Below, piece by piece: positions 17,826 to 29,050 of a stretch of 29,073 bases of DNA. The notes below the pieces were generated by a model. That model was not told the origin of the DNA and did no database searches. It saw nothing but the letters and a program-made list of their open reading frames with translations. A program made the position numbers and the translations under genes. The stretch is taken from positions 1 to 29,073 of the forward strand of contig CAUZNJ010000001.1 of NCBI GenBank assembly GCA_963580965.1, written 5' to 3'. How positions within the stretch are numbered: position 1 is the first letter of the stretch; the number at the start of each line of letters is the position of its first letter. This stretch comes from Alphaproteobacteria bacterium. GTDB lineage: Bacteria; Pseudomonadota; Alphaproteobacteria; Rhodospirillales; CAMCUA01.

Positions 17826-18413
17826 ATGTTTCTTCTTATTGATAATTACGATAGCTTCACTTACAACCTCGTCCACTTTTTAGGGGATCTGGGCGCAACG
17901 GTTGAGGTGCGGCGTAACGACACCTTGACGCCCAACGAGGCGATGGCAATGAGGCCTGAGGGAATCGTCATATCGCCGGGGCCGTGCGACCCCGACCGTG
18001 CCGGAATCTGTCTTGATCTCATCGCCAAGGCGGCTGGTCATGTCCCCATCTTCGGTGTCTGCCTTGGACATCAGTGTATCGGCCAATATTTCGGCGGACG
18101 CATTGTTCGCGCGCTGGCCCCAATGCACGGCAAACTTAGCGCTATCGAACACCAAAATAGTGGTGTATTCGAAGACCTGCCAAGCCCGTTTCAGGCCACA
18201 CGCTATCATTCCCTCGTTATCGATCCGAAAAGTATGCCAGATGAATTGCTAGTGACTGCGCGCAGCGAAGATGGGGTGGTTCAGGGGATCGCACATCGCA
18301 ACTTTCCCATCCACGGGGTCCAATTTCATCCCGAAAGTATCGCCACGCAGCACGGCCATACCTTGCTGAGAAATTTCCTGTCGATTGCCGGCAACAGCCG
18401 CGCGGCGGCTTGA
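17826..18413 (+). CDS. trpG: Anthranilate synthase component II (class I glutamine amidotransferase)
   Basis: [33 protein letters not shown]; adjacent to trpD. Confidence 0.93.
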   Translation: MFLLIDNYDSFTYNLVHFLGDLGATVEVRRNDTLTPNEAMAMRPEGIVISPGPCDPDRAGICLDLIAKAAGHVPIFGVCLGHQCIGQYFGGRIVRALAPMHGKLSAIEHQNSGVFEDLPSPFQATRYHSLVIDPKSMPDELLVTARSEDGVVQGIAHRNFPIHGVQFHPESIATQHGHTLLRNFLSIAGNSRAAA

Positions 18414-18435
18414 ACCGCGAACCTCGGAGCAAACC

Positions 18436-19458
18436 ATGAAGGATGTTCTGGCCACGTTGGCGACCGGCGCTACATTATCGACCACGGAAGCTGAACGAGC
18501 CTTCGGCATTATCATGTCGGGTGATGCGACCGCCGCGCAAATCGGCGCCTTCCTGATGGCCCTGCGCGTGCGCGGCGAAACAGTGGACGAGATCACCGGA
18601 GCCGTGCGCACTATGCGCGCCAAGGCCCTTCATGTCGCCGCCCCCGAAGGCGCCATTGATATCGTTGGCACCGGCGGTGACGGGTCTGGTTCTTACAATG
18701 TGTCAACCGGCACCGCTCTTGTCGTCGCCGGATGCGGTGTGCCTGTGGCCAAGCATGGGAACCGCGCGGTGTCATCTAAATCAGGCGCCGCAGATGTGCT
18801 TACTGCGCTCGGCGTTAACAACGACGCCGACATGACGTTGGTAAAAAAAGCCATCTGGGAAGCTGGAATCGGCTTTCTGATGGCGCCCCGTCATCACAGC
18901 GCCATGCGCCACGTCGGCGGACCACGTGTCGAAATGGGTATCCGAACGATCTTCAACATACTTGGCCCCCTGTCCAACCCAGCTGGAGTTAAACGCCAGC
19001 TTACTGGTTCCTTTGCCCGCCAGTGGCTCGTGCCGATGGCGCAAACCCTGGCTAATCTCGGCTGCGAAGCGGCATGGGTGGTCCATGGTTCCGATGGCCT
19101 CGACGAACTGACGACAACCGGTCCTAGCTATGTTGCTGCTCTGGAAAATGGCAATGTACGAGAAATGGAAGTAAGTCCATCCGACGCCGGCCTACCTACC
19201 GCCAGCGCCGAAGACTTGCTGGGCGGCACGCCAGAGCACAATGCTCAGGCCATCCGTGACCTGCTCGCAGGAAAGGCTAGTCCCTACCGCGACATCGTTC
19301 TTTTCAACGCCGCAGGCGCACTAATCGTAGCTGGAAAAATAGCCAACCTGAAAGAAGGTGTGGCAATGGCAGCGAAATCAATTGACCAGGGAAAGGCCGC
19401 AGAAGCGCTCGGAAAGCTAATCGCCATTACCAACGAACCTAAACCGGACAAAGCGTGA
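18436..19458 (+). CDS. trpD: Anthranilate phosphoribosyltransferase
   Basis: Start at ATG 18436 (GGAG RBS). [33 protein letters not shown]. Confidence 0.96.
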   Translation: MKDVLATLATGATLSTTEAERAFGIIMSGDATAAQIGAFLMALRVRGETVDEITGAVRTMRAKALHVAAPEGAIDIVGTGGDGSGSYNVSTGTALVVAGCGVPVAKHGNRAVSSKSGAADVLTALGVNNDADMTLVKKAIWEAGIGFLMAPRHHSAMRHVGGPRVEMGIRTIFNILGPLSNPAGVKRQLTGSFARQWLVPMAQTLANLGCEAAWVVHGSDGLDELTTTGPSYVAALENGNVREMEVSPSDAGLPTASAEDLLGGTPEHNAQAIRDLLAGKASPYRDIVLFNAAGALIVAGKIANLKEGVAMAAKSIDQGKAAEALGKLIAITNEPKPDKA

Positions 19459-19462
19459 GATA

Positions 19463-20281
19463 ATGAGCGACGTGCTCCAACGCATATGCGCCGACAAGCG
19501 CCAGCACGTGGCCGCACAACAGGCTCGGCACCCCCTGACTGAACTCCAGGAAGCAGCACGCTCAGCGCCGCCGCCTCGCGGTTTCATCTCCAAGCTGCAA
19601 AGGACCATAAGCAGCGGTTACTACGCCCTGATCGCCGAAATCAAAAAGGCGTCGCCCTCTAAGGGACTGATTCGTGCCAACTTCGACCCCCCGTCCCTAG
19701 CCTGCGCTTATGCTGCAGGCGGAGCTACTTGCCTGTCGGTACTGACCGACGTGCCCCATTTCCTGGGTGACGACGCCTATCTTATAGCCGCGCGGGCCGC
19801 AGTTAATCTGCCCATTCTGCGCAAAGATTTTCTGCTCGAGCCTTATCAAATCATTGAATCCCGCGCGCTGGGTGCCGACTGCATCCTGCTGATCCTTGCT
19901 GCGCTAAACGATGCCGAAGCCTCGGAGCTAGAGGGCGTCGCCGTCGATTACGGTATGGACGTTCTGATCGAAGTGCATAACGCCGAGGAAATGGCACGCG
20001 CGCTAAAACTTAAAAGCCCGCTGATTGGCGTCAATAATCGCAATCTCAAGACTCTCGCCGTCGACCTGGCAACAACCGAGGCGCTGGCTGCCATGGCCCC
20101 TTCAGACCGTCTACTAGTCAGCGAAAGCGGCCTCGGCAGCCGTGCCGACCTCGATCGTATGGCCAGCGTTGGCGCTCGATGTTTCCTCATCGGCGAGACA
20201 CTGATGCGCCAGGACGACGTTACTGCCGCTGTGCAGGCCTTGCTGCAACCGGCCATCGGCATACGACAGGCCACATCATGA
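19463..20281 (+). CDS. trpC: Indole-3-glycerol-phosphate synthase
   Basis: [43 protein letters not shown]. Confidence 0.96.
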   Translation: MSDVLQRICADKRQHVAAQQARHPLTELQEAARSAPPPRGFISKLQRTISSGYYALIAEIKKASPSKGLIRANFDPPSLACAYAAGGATCLSVLTDVPHFLGDDAYLIAARAAVNLPILRKDFLLEPYQIIESRALGADCILLILAALNDAEASELEGVAVDYGMDVLIEVHNAEEMARALKLKSPLIGVNNRNLKTLAVDLATTEALAAMAPSDRLLVSESGLGSRADLDRMASVGARCFLIGETLMRQDDVTAAVQALLQPAIGIRQATS

Positions 20282-20757
20282 GCAAACTCACCCACTTCGA
20301 CAATGCCGGCAATGCCCGCATGGTCAACGTTGGCGCCAAGGACGTGACGGAACGAACGGCGACAGCCGCCGGCTCGGTAATCGTGGCGCAAGATACCATG
20401 CGTCTGATCCAGGCAGGCGGTGTGAAGAAAGGCGACGTGCTGGCCGTTGCCCAACTAGCCGGCATCATGGGAGCTAAACGAACCCCTGAACTGATTCCGC
20501 TCTGTCACCCCCTACCCCTGGCATCGGTTTCGGTAACATTGACCTGCGACCCCGACCGCAATGCCGTAGACATCACTGCGACCTGTAAAGTCGCCGGAAA
20601 AACTGGCGTTGAGATGGAAGCACTAACCGCCGTCAGCGTCGCTGCGCTGACGGTCTATGACATGTGTAAGGCAGCAGACCGGAGTATGCGCATCACCGAC
20701 ACCCGCCTTCTTCATAAGGCCGGCGGAAAATCGGGCACGTATCAAGCCAAGGACTAG
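20278..20757 (+). CDS. moaC: Cyclic pyranopterin monophosphate synthase
   Basis: Start at ATG 20278 (ATGA overlap with trpC). [38 protein letters not shown]. Confidence 0.96.
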   Translation: MSKLTHFDNAGNARMVNVGAKDVTERTATAAGSVIVAQDTMRLIQAGGVKKGDVLAVAQLAGIMGAKRTPELIPLCHPLPLASVSVTLTCDPDRNAVDITATCKVAGKTGVEMEALTAVSVAALTVYDMCKAADRSMRITDTRLLHKAGGKSGTYQAKD

Positions 20758-20763
20758 CCACAT

Positions 20764-21978
20764 ATGATATCCGTCACCGAAGCCATCGCGAAGGTCACTG
20801 CCGGCGTCACCCTATTGCCGTCGGAACAGGTATCGCTGACAGACGCACTTGGCCGGGTTTTGGCCCGTGACGTCGCCTCCCGGATCACACAGCCGTTCGC
20901 CGATGTCTCCGCGATGGACGGCTACGCCGTTCGTGCTGCGGATGTTGCAGCCGTTCCCGCAAACCTGATACGGATCGGCGAATCTGCTGCTGGTCGTAGC
21001 TTCCACGGCCGTGTAGGTGCGGGCCAAGCAGTTCGTATCTTCACCGGTGCGCCAGTTCCAGATGGCGCTGACACCATCGTCATTCAAGAAGATACCAAGG
21101 CGAGCGGCGATGCCATCACGGTCAACAAAGGCGTACCGGTAGGCCGCTATATTCGCTGCGCCGGCATGGACTTTTCTGAGGGCCAAGTGCTGCTGAAAGC
21201 CGGCCAAATTCTGACGGCACGTGACATAGGCATGGCCGCCGCCATGAATGTACCTTGGTTGACCGTGCGCCGCCGGCCGCGAGTAGCCATCCTCGCCACC
21301 GGCGACGAGATCGTGATGCCGGGGGATCCTCTAGGCCCTAACCAGATTCTCAGTTCTAACAGCATCGCGCTTGGAGCTTACGTTAGGGTTCTAGGCGGCC
21401 AGCCAATCGATCTCGGTATAGCACAGGATACGGAAGATTCCCTGCGCACACTGGCAGCCGGTGTCCGCGGCGCCGACATGCTGGTCACCATCGGCGGTGC
21501 CTCGGTCGGCGATCATGACTTGGTCCGCAAAGTGCTGGGCAGCGAGGGCCTAAAGATCGACTTCTACACCATCGCCATGCGACCGGGTAAACCGCTGATC
21601 TTTGGACACCTAAACGGCGTTGCGATGCTCGGTCTGCCGGGCAATCCGGTCTCCGCCGGCGTTTGTTCAGTGGTCTACCTTCGCCCAGCTCTCCGCGTCA
21701 TGCTGGGGCTACCCATCATCGACGCGACCACGCAAATAGCCCACCTTGGCCGCGATGTCGGCAAAAATGACATTCGTGAAGACTACCTGCGAGGGACCAT
21801 CACACGCGATGATGCCGGAAACCTCATAGCGACACCGTTCGAGCGCCAGGACAGCAACCTGATGGCACTATTCAGCCAAGCCGACTGCCTGATCATTCGG
21901 CCGCCGTTCGCCCCACTGGCAAGAAAAGGTGATACCGCACATATCCTTCCACTGGACATTGGCTCCGTCTCCCTTTGA
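20764..21978 (+). CDS. moeA: Molybdopterin molybdenumtransferase
   Basis: SAMDGYAV, IFTGAPVPDGAD, TGDE, GGASVGDHD, MRPGKP, LPGNPVS. Confidence 0.95.
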   Translation: MISVTEAIAKVTAGVTLLPSEQVSLTDALGRVLARDVASRITQPFADVSAMDGYAVRAADVAAVPANLIRIGESAAGRSFHGRVGAGQAVRIFTGAPVPDGADTIVIQEDTKASGDAITVNKGVPVGRYIRCAGMDFSEGQVLLKAGQILTARDIGMAAAMNVPWLTVRRRPRVAILATGDEIVMPGDPLGPNQILSSNSIALGAYVRVLGGQPIDLGIAQDTEDSLRTLAAGVRGADMLVTIGGASVGDHDLVRKVLGSEGLKIDFYTIAMRPGKPLIFGHLNGVAMLGLPGNPVSAGVCSVVYLRPALRVMLGLPIIDATTQIAHLGRDVGKNDIREDYLRGTITRDDAGNLIATPFERQDSNLMALFSQADCLIIRPPFAPLARKGDTAHILPLDIGSVSL

Positions 21979-22034
21979 ACAAGGGCGCAAGTTCCTAGTT
22001 CACTTTCGGAACGTATTTACTGACTGTCGGGACC

Positions 22035-22088
22035 TTGACTGCCCATAAGAACCAAACTAGAACATATTATGATGTTGTCATTTTGTTC
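22035..22088 (+). promoter_or_regulatory. lexA promoter with alphaproteobacterial SOS boxes
   Basis: TTGACT (22035-22040)-17 nt-TAGAAC (22058-22063). GAAC-N7-GAAC at 22049-22063 overlaps the -10; a second, 1-mismatch box GTTG-N7-GTTC lies at 22074-22088. Confidence 0.8.
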
Positions 22089-22205
22089 TATATCTAGTAG
22101 CGATCCGTTCCGGCCGACACGAATTGCACCCTAACGCGCCACACCAACTTAAAGTTTGGTGTGAATAGAGCACGTTGAACGACCTGAGCCAGGAGGGCAT
22201 AGCCC

Positions 22206-22925
22206 ATGTTGACCCGCAAACAATACGAGCTTCTCGTCTTCATAGAACAGCGGCTAGGAGAAAGCGGTATTTCCCCCTCCTTCGATGAGATGAAGGAAGC
22301 CCTTAGCCTGCGCTCCAAGTCTGGCATCCATCGACTGATCACTGGGCTGGAGGAGCGTGGATTTATTCGTCGCCTGCCGCACCGCGCCCGGGCGCTAGAA
22401 ATCATTCGTCATCCTGAGAATCAGGCCGCAAAAAACGCCCCCAAGATAGCCAAAACAGGACAACAGGACGAAGAGTTTAGACATAATGTTGTACGTGGGA
22501 ACTTTCAAAATCACGGTGCCGAGACGCCAGCCCATACCAGCGAGGCTATAGAACTTCCTTTTCTGGGGCGAATTGCCGCCGGCACACCTATCGAAGCCCT
22601 ACCCGACCACACGCGCGCTATCGGCGTGCCTGCAAGTATGATTGGCAGCGGAGAACACTACGCACTCGAGGTGGATGGCGACTCGATGATCGAAGCAGGC
22701 ATCCAAGATGGCGACACCGTCATCATCCGCCGTACAAACACCGCCGACAGCGGCTGTATCGTTGTCGCCCTCGTTGATGAGAACGAAGTGACACTAAAGC
22801 GCTTACGCCGTAAGGGAGATTTAATTGCTCTCGAGCCAGCCAATCGCGGTTACGAGACACGCACCTTTGGGCCCGAAAGAGTAAGGGTTCAGGGACGCCT
22901 CGTGGGGCTGATTCGGAGCTATTGA
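22206..22925 (+). CDS. lexA: SOS repressor LexA
   Basis: [20 protein letters not shown], Ala-Gly cleavage site IAAG, GDSM (Ser), VTLKR (Lys); AGGAGG RBS. Confidence 0.97.
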   Translation: MLTRKQYELLVFIEQRLGESGISPSFDEMKEALSLRSKSGIHRLITGLEERGFIRRLPHRARALEIIRHPENQAAKNAPKIAKTGQQDEEFRHNVVRGNFQNHGAETPAHTSEAIELPFLGRIAAGTPIEALPDHTRAIGVPASMIGSGEHYALEVDGDSMIEAGIQDGDTVIIRRTNTADSGCIVVALVDENEVTLKRLRRKGDLIALEPANRGYETRTFGPERVRVQGRLVGLIRSY

Positions 22926-22939
22926 CCTCTTGTGGCGGC

Positions 22940-23150
22940 TAGCGGGATATACCAACCACAGCCTCCACCCCCGAGCGTTCATTGACATTTATAATCCCTG
23001 CATAACCGCCTTCAAGCCAGACAGCATCCCCTCCATTCCGCAACAAATCAAAATAGTTAATGACCAGGGCTAATTCCTTACAGCCACCGTGGTGATAATC
23101 ACATCAGCAATCCACCAGTCCTAACGGAGCGCAGAGACACTATAGGCCAT
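22940..23150 (-). pseudogene. comEC: C-terminal relic of competence protein ComEC
   Basis: Stitched across one stop (23121-23123) and two frameshifts it reads ALR*DWWIADVII / CKELALVINYFDLLRNGGDAVWLE...NVNER / GWRLW. This resembles the alphaproteobacterial ComEC C-terminus (DC..ADVV...LVIDRFDL.RNGA.A.W...RG.RPW, recalled) and sits in the lexA-comEC-gltX position. Confidence 0.65.
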
Positions 23151-23298
23151 CACCACAGGCGGGTAATGACGCCAGCCACCGAAAACTCAAAATTCCGCGC
23201 ATCCAGGATGCAAATACGCCCATTCCCATGATATAGTAAACGTACACTGTCGGGAAACCGGCTTCTCCTAACCTGCATAATGGGTATCGGTCACCAAG

Positions 23299-24705
23299 AT
23301 GGCTGTTGTCACACGGTTCGCCCCCTCGCCCACCGGATTCCTGCATATCGGCGGAGCCCGTACGGCCCTCTTCAATTGGCTTTTCGCCCGCCATCACGGT
23401 GGCCAGTTCCTGTTGCGTATCGAGGATACAGACCGCGCCCGATCGTCCCAGGAAGCAGCAGATGCCATTGTCGATGGGCTGAAATGGCTAGGACTCGACT
23501 GGGACGGCAAGCCGGTTTCCCAATTTACCCGCCGCGATCAGCACGCCGCCACTGCTCATCGCCTCCTCTCCGAAGGTAGGGCATACCGCTGCTATGCATC
23601 CCAGGAAGAATTGGCAGAAATGCGCGCCCGCGCCAAATCAGAAAGCCGCACTACACTCTATGATGGACGCTGGCGCGACCGTGACCCATCCGAGGCACCA
23701 AAGGGAATCAATCCAGTTATACGCCTGAAAGCGCCGCGTGAAGGTGAAACAGTGATCAATGATCAGGTACAAGGGACGGTGCGCGTAGAGAATAGCCAGC
23801 TCGATGACATGGTCCTGCTTCGTGCTGACGGCACCGCCACATACATGTTGGCCGTGGTAGTGGACGACCACGACATGGCCGTCACGCATGTTATACGTGG
23901 CGACGACCACCTGACCAATGCATTCCGGCAGTGTCACCTTTATCTCGCGCTCGGGTGGGAGCCGCCGAAGTTCGCTCACATCCCACTGATCCATGGGCCA
24001 GATGGGGCCAAACTATCAAAACGACATGGTGCCCTTGGCGTCGAATCTTACCGCGATATGGGGTACCTGCCAGAGGCGATTTGCAATTACCTACTCCGCC
24101 TAGGTTGGAGCCATGGCAACGAGGAAATCATCAGCCGACAGCAGGCAATTGAATGGTTTGGGCTTAAATCAGTAGGCCGCTCTGCCGCCCGTTTTGACTT
24201 CACAAAGCTAGAAAGCCTTAACGGCAACTACATTCGGCAGACAGATGACGATAGGCTTACGTCGCTGGTTATGCCGGAATTACAAACTATGCTTAATGGA
24301 AAGCTTGCTGAAGGTAGTGAAAAACGGATAAAGAAGGGCATGCGCAGCCTCAAAGGTCGTGCGAATAATATCGTAGAACTATCTGATAATTCAGCATTTT
24401 ATGCACTATCTCGCCCTTTAATCCTAGATGAAAAATCCTCCCGCTTAATTAAAGATGAGACCTATTCCCTACTCCGTCAATTGCGTGATCAGTTCTCAGG
24501 TATAGAAAAATGGAACGCCGACAGCCTCGAAAGATATGTTCGAGAATGCGCTGAGGCTGCTGGCACGAAGCTTGGTATGATCGCACAGCCACTTCGTGCT
24601 GCCATGACCGGCAGGAGCGTCTCTCCAGGAGTTTTTGAGGTCATGGAGATTTTGGGAAAAGACGAAACGCTGGGACGACTCGATGATGTGATTGCCAATA
24701 AATAA
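23299..24705 (+). CDS. gltX: Glutamate--tRNA ligase
   Basis: [35 protein letters not shown]. Confidence 0.96.
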   Translation: MAVVTRFAPSPTGFLHIGGARTALFNWLFARHHGGQFLLRIEDTDRARSSQEAADAIVDGLKWLGLDWDGKPVSQFTRRDQHAATAHRLLSEGRAYRCYASQEELAEMRARAKSESRTTLYDGRWRDRDPSEAPKGINPVIRLKAPREGETVINDQVQGTVRVENSQLDDMVLLRADGTATYMLAVVVDDHDMAVTHVIRGDDHLTNAFRQCHLYLALGWEPPKFAHIPLIHGPDGAKLSKRHGALGVESYRDMGYLPEAICNYLLRLGWSHGNEEIISRQQAIEWFGLKSVGRSAARFDFTKLESLNGNYIRQTDDDRLTSLVMPELQTMLNGKLAEGSEKRIKKGMRSLKGRANNIVELSDNSAFYALSRPLILDEKSSRLIKDETYSLLRQLRDQFSGIEKWNADSLERYVRECAEAAGTKLGMIAQPLRAAMTGRSVSPGVFEVMEILGKDETLGRLDDVIANK

Positions 24706-24805
24706 GGGCTTTGAGATAGCCCCACGCGCCAAAACGTATGAATAAACTAGTTTCCCTGAGGCCGATTTACGTAGCAGCGGCAATATTATTTAAAGGACCA
24801 CGAGC

Positions 24806-26134
24806 ATGGTAACGAAAAAGTCGGACAATAAGACCTTTACCCTTACCGACAACGTTGGTGGAAAACGCTACGAGCTCCCAGTTATGGACGCCGCCATAGG
24901 CCCAGCGGTCATAGACATGCGTAAATTATATGCGGACACCGGTCATTTTACATTTGATCCAGGCTACGGGTCGACGGGCAGCTGCGAGTCCAAAATCACC
25001 TACATCGACGGTGAGGAAGGTGTGTTGCTGTATCGTGGCTATCCCATAGAACCGCTGGCCGAGAACTGTGACTTCCTCGAAGTTTGCCACCTGATCCTTT
25101 ACGGCGAATTGCCCAACATTGAACAGAAATCAGCGTTTGTGAGCGATGTAACCAACCACACGATGCTGCATGAGCAAATTAATAACTTCTTCAGGGGATT
25201 CCGCCGCGACGCCCACCCGATGGCCGTCATGTGCGGCGTAGTCGGTGCTTTGTCGGCTTTCTATCACGAAGACATCGATATCAGCGATCCACACCACCGC
25301 ATGGTCGCCTCGTTCCGGCTAATCGCTAAGATGCCAACCATCGCCGCAATGGCCTACAAATACTCTGTCGGCCAGCCCTTTATCTATCCGCGTAACGACC
25401 TCGACTACACCGAGAACTTTTTGCATATGATGTTTGCTACCCCGTGCGAGAAGTATGAGGTTAATCCAGTAGTAGCCAAGGCCATGGACCGAATCTTCAT
25501 TCTCCATGCGGATCACGAGCAGAACGCATCGACCTCCACGGTACGACTGGCCGGTTCCAGTGGTGCAAACCCATATGCCTGTATTGCCGCCGGCATCGCT
25601 TCTCTCTGGGGCCCTGCTCATGGTGGAGCCAACGAGGCAGTATTAAAGATGCTGGAGGAAATCGGCGACCCGAAGAACACCAAGAAGTTTGTCGAAAAAG
25701 CCAAAAACCCGAAAGATGACTTCCGCCTGATGGGATTTGGCCATCGAGTTTATAAAAACTACGACCCGCGCGCCCGAGTGATGCAGCAGTCCTGCCACGA
25801 AGTTCTAAACGAAATGGGGGTCAAGGACGAGCCCTTGCTCGACATCGCTATGGAACTCGAGCGTATAGCCTTGGAAGATGAGTATTTTATCGAGAAGCGC
25901 CTATATCCGAACGTAGATTTCTATTCAGGAATCATTTTCAAGGCCCTGGGCATTCCGACTTCCATGTTCACTGCCCTCTTTGCCTTGGCGCGAACCGTCG
26001 GCTGGGTTGCCCAATGGAATGAAATGATCGAGGAGCCAGGCCAACGCATTGGGCGGCCGCGTCAGCTTTACACCGGCGCTAAGGAGAGAAAGTTCGTGCC
26101 GCTTGAAAAGCGGTCTCTTAAGAAGCGTAATTAA
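24806..26134 (+). CDS. gltA: Type II citrate synthase
   Basis: [50 protein letters not shown]. Confidence 0.97.
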   Translation: MVTKKSDNKTFTLTDNVGGKRYELPVMDAAIGPAVIDMRKLYADTGHFTFDPGYGSTGSCESKITYIDGEEGVLLYRGYPIEPLAENCDFLEVCHLILYGELPNIEQKSAFVSDVTNHTMLHEQINNFFRGFRRDAHPMAVMCGVVGALSAFYHEDIDISDPHHRMVASFRLIAKMPTIAAMAYKYSVGQPFIYPRNDLDYTENFLHMMFATPCEKYEVNPVVAKAMDRIFILHADHEQNASTSTVRLAGSSGANPYACIAAGIASLWGPAHGGANEAVLKMLEEIGDPKNTKKFVEKAKNPKDDFRLMGFGHRVYKNYDPRARVMQQSCHEVLNEMGVKDEPLLDIAMELERIALEDEYFIEKRLYPNVDFYSGIIFKALGIPTSMFTALFALARTVGWVAQWNEMIEEPGQRIGRPRQLYTGAKERKFVPLEKRSLKKRN

Positions 26135-26168
26135 CAGCGGAATTTTTATTTACGATTCGCGCCAGCTA

Positions 26169-27365
26169 TCAGGTGCCGGCCAGCAGGTTCCTCTGTCGAT
26201 CCACGGCCGACAGAACCTCGCAGGCTGCGCGCCGTCCAGGTGATTTGCCGCCGTAGCCTAACAGGGACAATGCCTCTCCAGCCGCTACAGTCTGCGCCGA
26301 AGATTCTTCTGGGTCATCTAAGAGGCGCGCTAATTCATATGCTAATCGTTCCCCCCTGCAATTCTCCTGCAATAGTTCAGGCACGACGCATCTATCCAAT
26401 ATAATATTGATAAGATTGGCGTAGCGCACCTTAACGAGACGTCGCGCTAGCCAGGCCGTAAGTGGATTCATACGATAGGCGATGACGGCGGGTATGCGGG
26501 CCATTGCAAGCTCAAGCGCCACCGTTCCTGACGCTGCCAACGCGGCGTCAGCAGCCGCGAAAGCAGCGAACCTTTCCCCCCGATCACGCACGACGATTGG
26601 ATTCCCCGGCCAGCTATTGACGATGAATTTAACACTATCGGCCAATACATCGATTGTTGGAACGACGATGCGCAGACCTGGCCGCTCCGCCATAAGGTAC
26701 GCCATAGCATCGCCGAATATGGGCAGATGCCGGCCTATTTCATTTTGCCGGCTTCCTGGCAAAACGGCGATCACCTGAGCCTTGGCATCAATACCATGGC
26801 GCCTGCGAAAGCCGACCCCGTCACCCTGATCAGCGCCGCTTTCGACCACCGGGTGACCAACGAAAGAACAGCGCAAGCCGACAGCCTCAAAATATGGTGG
26901 CTCAAACGGTAAAAGGGTAAGAAGATGATCTACGACGCGGGCCATCTTAGGTGCCCGCCCGGGCTTCCACGCCCAAACGGTCGGCGCTACGTAGTGAACG
27001 ATAAGAATACCTTTTCCCTTTAGCCGCTTCGCCAGGCGCAGCGTAAATCCTGGTGAATCGATGGTAATCACGACGTCTGGCTTGAGAGCGACGATAGCCT
27101 TTTCTGTCTCACAGAGGCGGCGTACAAGGGCCGGTAGGCGTGGCAAAACCTCAACCAGTCCCATAATTGACAGTTCCGACATCGGAAATTGGGTGGCAAG
27201 ACCAACCTTTGTCATCATTTCACCGCCAATTCCGGCGAAGCACACATTTCCTCCAGTTTCTTCCACAAGAGCTGTCATGAGGCTGCCGCCCAGGGCATCT
27301 CCAGACGGCTCACCGGCAACGATAAAAACGGATAAGCTTTCCGCCTCTTCGTTGCGCTCACTCAT
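26169..27365 (-). CDS. lpxB: Lipid-A-disaccharide synthase
   Basis: AGEPSGD, IMGLVEV, IDSPGF, HYVAPTVWAWK, FVGHP, LPGSR, ASGT..LE. Confidence 0.95.
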   Translation of the reverse strand: MSERNEEAESLSVFIVAGEPSGDALGGSLMTALVEETGGNVCFAGIGGEMMTKVGLATQFPMSELSIMGLVEVLPRLPALVRRLCETEKAIVALKPDVVITIDSPGFTLRLAKRLKGKGILIVHYVAPTVWAWKPGRAPKMARVVDHLLTLLPFEPPYFEAVGLRCSFVGHPVVESGADQGDGVGFRRRHGIDAKAQVIAVLPGSRQNEIGRHLPIFGDAMAYLMAERPGLRIVVPTIDVLADSVKFIVNSWPGNPIVVRDRGERFAAFAAADAALAASGTVALELAMARIPAVIAYRMNPLTAWLARRLVKVRYANLINIILDRCVVPELLQENCRGERLAYELARLLDDPEESSAQTVAAGEALSLLGYGGKSPGRRAACEVLSAVDRQRNLLAGT

Positions 27366-28210
27366 GAACCACCATCATCGAAGGAACCTATCCCTATCAG
27401 GAAAATTTCAGCCGCCTCCGCAGCCGCGATAGTGGTAGCCCGATCCACAATCAGACTTGCTCCTGCCTCAACAGCAATGCCCCGCAGGCCGGCGGCAGCG
27501 GCAGCCCTAACCGTTTCGGGACCCACTGTCGGCACGTCGACACGCTTCTCCTGCTCAGGCTTCCGGGCTTTAACCAAAACACCGCCAAGGCCTGGCCGGG
27601 CCAGAAACCCACAGCGCTCCAACATGGCATCCGTACCCTCTGAAGCCTCAACCGCAAGAACGATACCCTGTTGGACGACGACGCCTTGCCCGACATCGAG
27701 AGCTCCTAGACCACGTGCAACGTCGAATCCGCGGCGGATATCTGCCATGGCCTGTTCGTCAGGTTCCGGGCCGGAAAGTCTGCCTTCCGGCGCCAGTATC
27801 TCTGGCAAAACGGCATCGACGCCGACGACACTTAACCCAAAGCGGTCCTCAATCTCGCCAACGACGGCACGTAACAACCCATCATCACCTAAGGCAGCCG
27901 CGCCGGTGCGGATAAGAAAAGAAGCTGTGTACATGTCAGGCCGCAAGTCAGACAAAGACGGGCGGCGAATGGCGCCAGCCATGACGACTTCTGCTACACC
28001 AGCATCACGAAGGGCCTTTAGTATCTTTTCACCCGCTCCTAGACGCAGCCAAGTATGCTCTGTGCCTTCGACAATTTCGGGATCAGTCTGACCTTCAATG
28101 GCAATGATGAAGCAGGGCCGCCCCACATGTCGGCAATAATTGATAATCTGCTCCGGCAACTTCCCGCTGCCGGCCAGCACACCCAACTTCGAGCCTGCAC
28201 CCACATTCAT
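27362..28210 (-). CDS. lpxI: UDP-2,3-diacylglucosamine diphosphatase LpxI
   Basis: LGVLAGSG.LP, DVGQ.VVV, AVEASEGTD, K..KP.Q..RVDVPTVG; lies between lpxA and lpxB. Confidence 0.92.
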   Translation of the reverse strand: MNVGAGSKLGVLAGSGKLPEQIINYCRHVGRPCFIIAIEGQTDPEIVEGTEHTWLRLGAGEKILKALRDAGVAEVVMAGAIRRPSLSDLRPDMYTASFLIRTGAAALGDDGLLRAVVGEIEDRFGLSVVGVDAVLPEILAPEGRLSGPEPDEQAMADIRRGFDVARGLGALDVGQGVVVQQGIVLAVEASEGTDAMLERCGFLARPGLGGVLVKARKPEQEKRVDVPTVGPETVRAAAAAGLRGIAVEAGASLIVDRATTIAAAEAAEIFLIGIGSFDDGGS

Positions 28211-28249
28211 AATTTTCTGCCGTATGGCATCAAATTATGAATGTATGCA

Positions 28250-29050
28250 CTATGCAACATCGTCCAGAACGGGCTGGCAAATCGCCCTTGCCGCATCGAC
28301 CCGGATGAAATTGACGATCTCCATAACCGGCTCCGTATCGACGAAAAGCTGAGCCACATCGTCGATTCGCTCAGCCATCGTGCCTTCCTGGGCAAAAAGC
28401 AAACGATAGGCATTGCGCAAGGTGTGAATCGTGTCGCGGGTGAAATTGCGGCGTTTTAACCCAACGACGTTAAGCCCCGATAAGCGCGCCCGGTTACCGA
28501 GCACGGATCCATAAGGAATAACGTCGCTCTCCACACCGGACATACCGCCAACCATGGCGTGGCGACCGATACGGACATACTGATGCACAGCGGACAATCC
28601 GCCAAGAATGGCCCATTCACCTACCTGCACATGACCAGCTAGCGTGGCGTTATTGACCAGGATAACGTTGTCACCAATGTCACAATCATGCGCAACGTGA
28701 GAACCCACCATGAACAAGCAGTTGTTACCAACACGAGTCACCATTCCGCCGCCCTCAGTGCCTGGATTCATGGTGACATGTTCGCGAATGATGTTATTGC
28801 ATCCGATAATCAATTGTGATGGCTCACTCCGGTACTTAAGATCCTGGGGCGCCAATCCGATTGCAGCGAATGGAAACACTTTGGTATTGGCACCGATGCA
28901 GGTACGGCCCGCTACAACCACGTGACCATGAAGATCAACGCCGGCTTCCAGCACAACATCACTACCTACAATACAGAACGGACCGACCGTTACATTTTCA
29001 CCGACCTGAGCACCGTCTTCGATGATTGCTGTTGAGTGAATAGAGGTCAT
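28250..29050 (-). CDS. lpxA: Acyl-ACP--UDP-N-acetylglucosamine O-acyltransferase
   Basis: IHSTAII hexapeptide repeats, PQDLKY, IREHVT, HVAHDC, AVHQY. Confidence 0.96.
   Translation of the reverse strand: MTSIHSTAIIEDGAQVGENVTVGPFCIVGSDVVLEAGVDLHGHVVVAGRTCIGANTKVFPFAAIGLAPQDLKYRSEPSQLIIGCNNIIREHVTMNPGTEGGGMVTRVGNNCLFMVGSHVAHDCDIGDNVILVNNATLAGHVQVGEWAILGGLSAVHQYVRIGRHAMVGGMSGVESDVIPYGSVLGNRARLSGLNVVGLKRRNFTRDTIHTLRNAYRLLFAQEGTMAERIDDVAQLFVDTEPVMEIVNFIRVDAARAICQPVLDDVA

Noticed and set aside
20278-21978. moaC-moeA as part of the molybdoenzyme system at the left edge
   Set aside because: trpC-moaC-moeA-lexA is a conserved housekeeping arrangement; its presence in the same window is coincidental.
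21998-22012. GTTC-N7-GAAC upstream of the lexA promoter
   Set aside because: Inverted arrangement rather than the direct-repeat alphaproteobacterial SOS box, and it lies outside the core promoter.
27432-28091. 219-aa plus-strand ORF and the other short ORFs overlapping called genes (e.g. 871-1410, 7754-8317, 14555-15004, 19948-20454)
   Set aside because: Antisense or alternative-frame shadows in GC-rich coding DNA; no motifs or RBS support.
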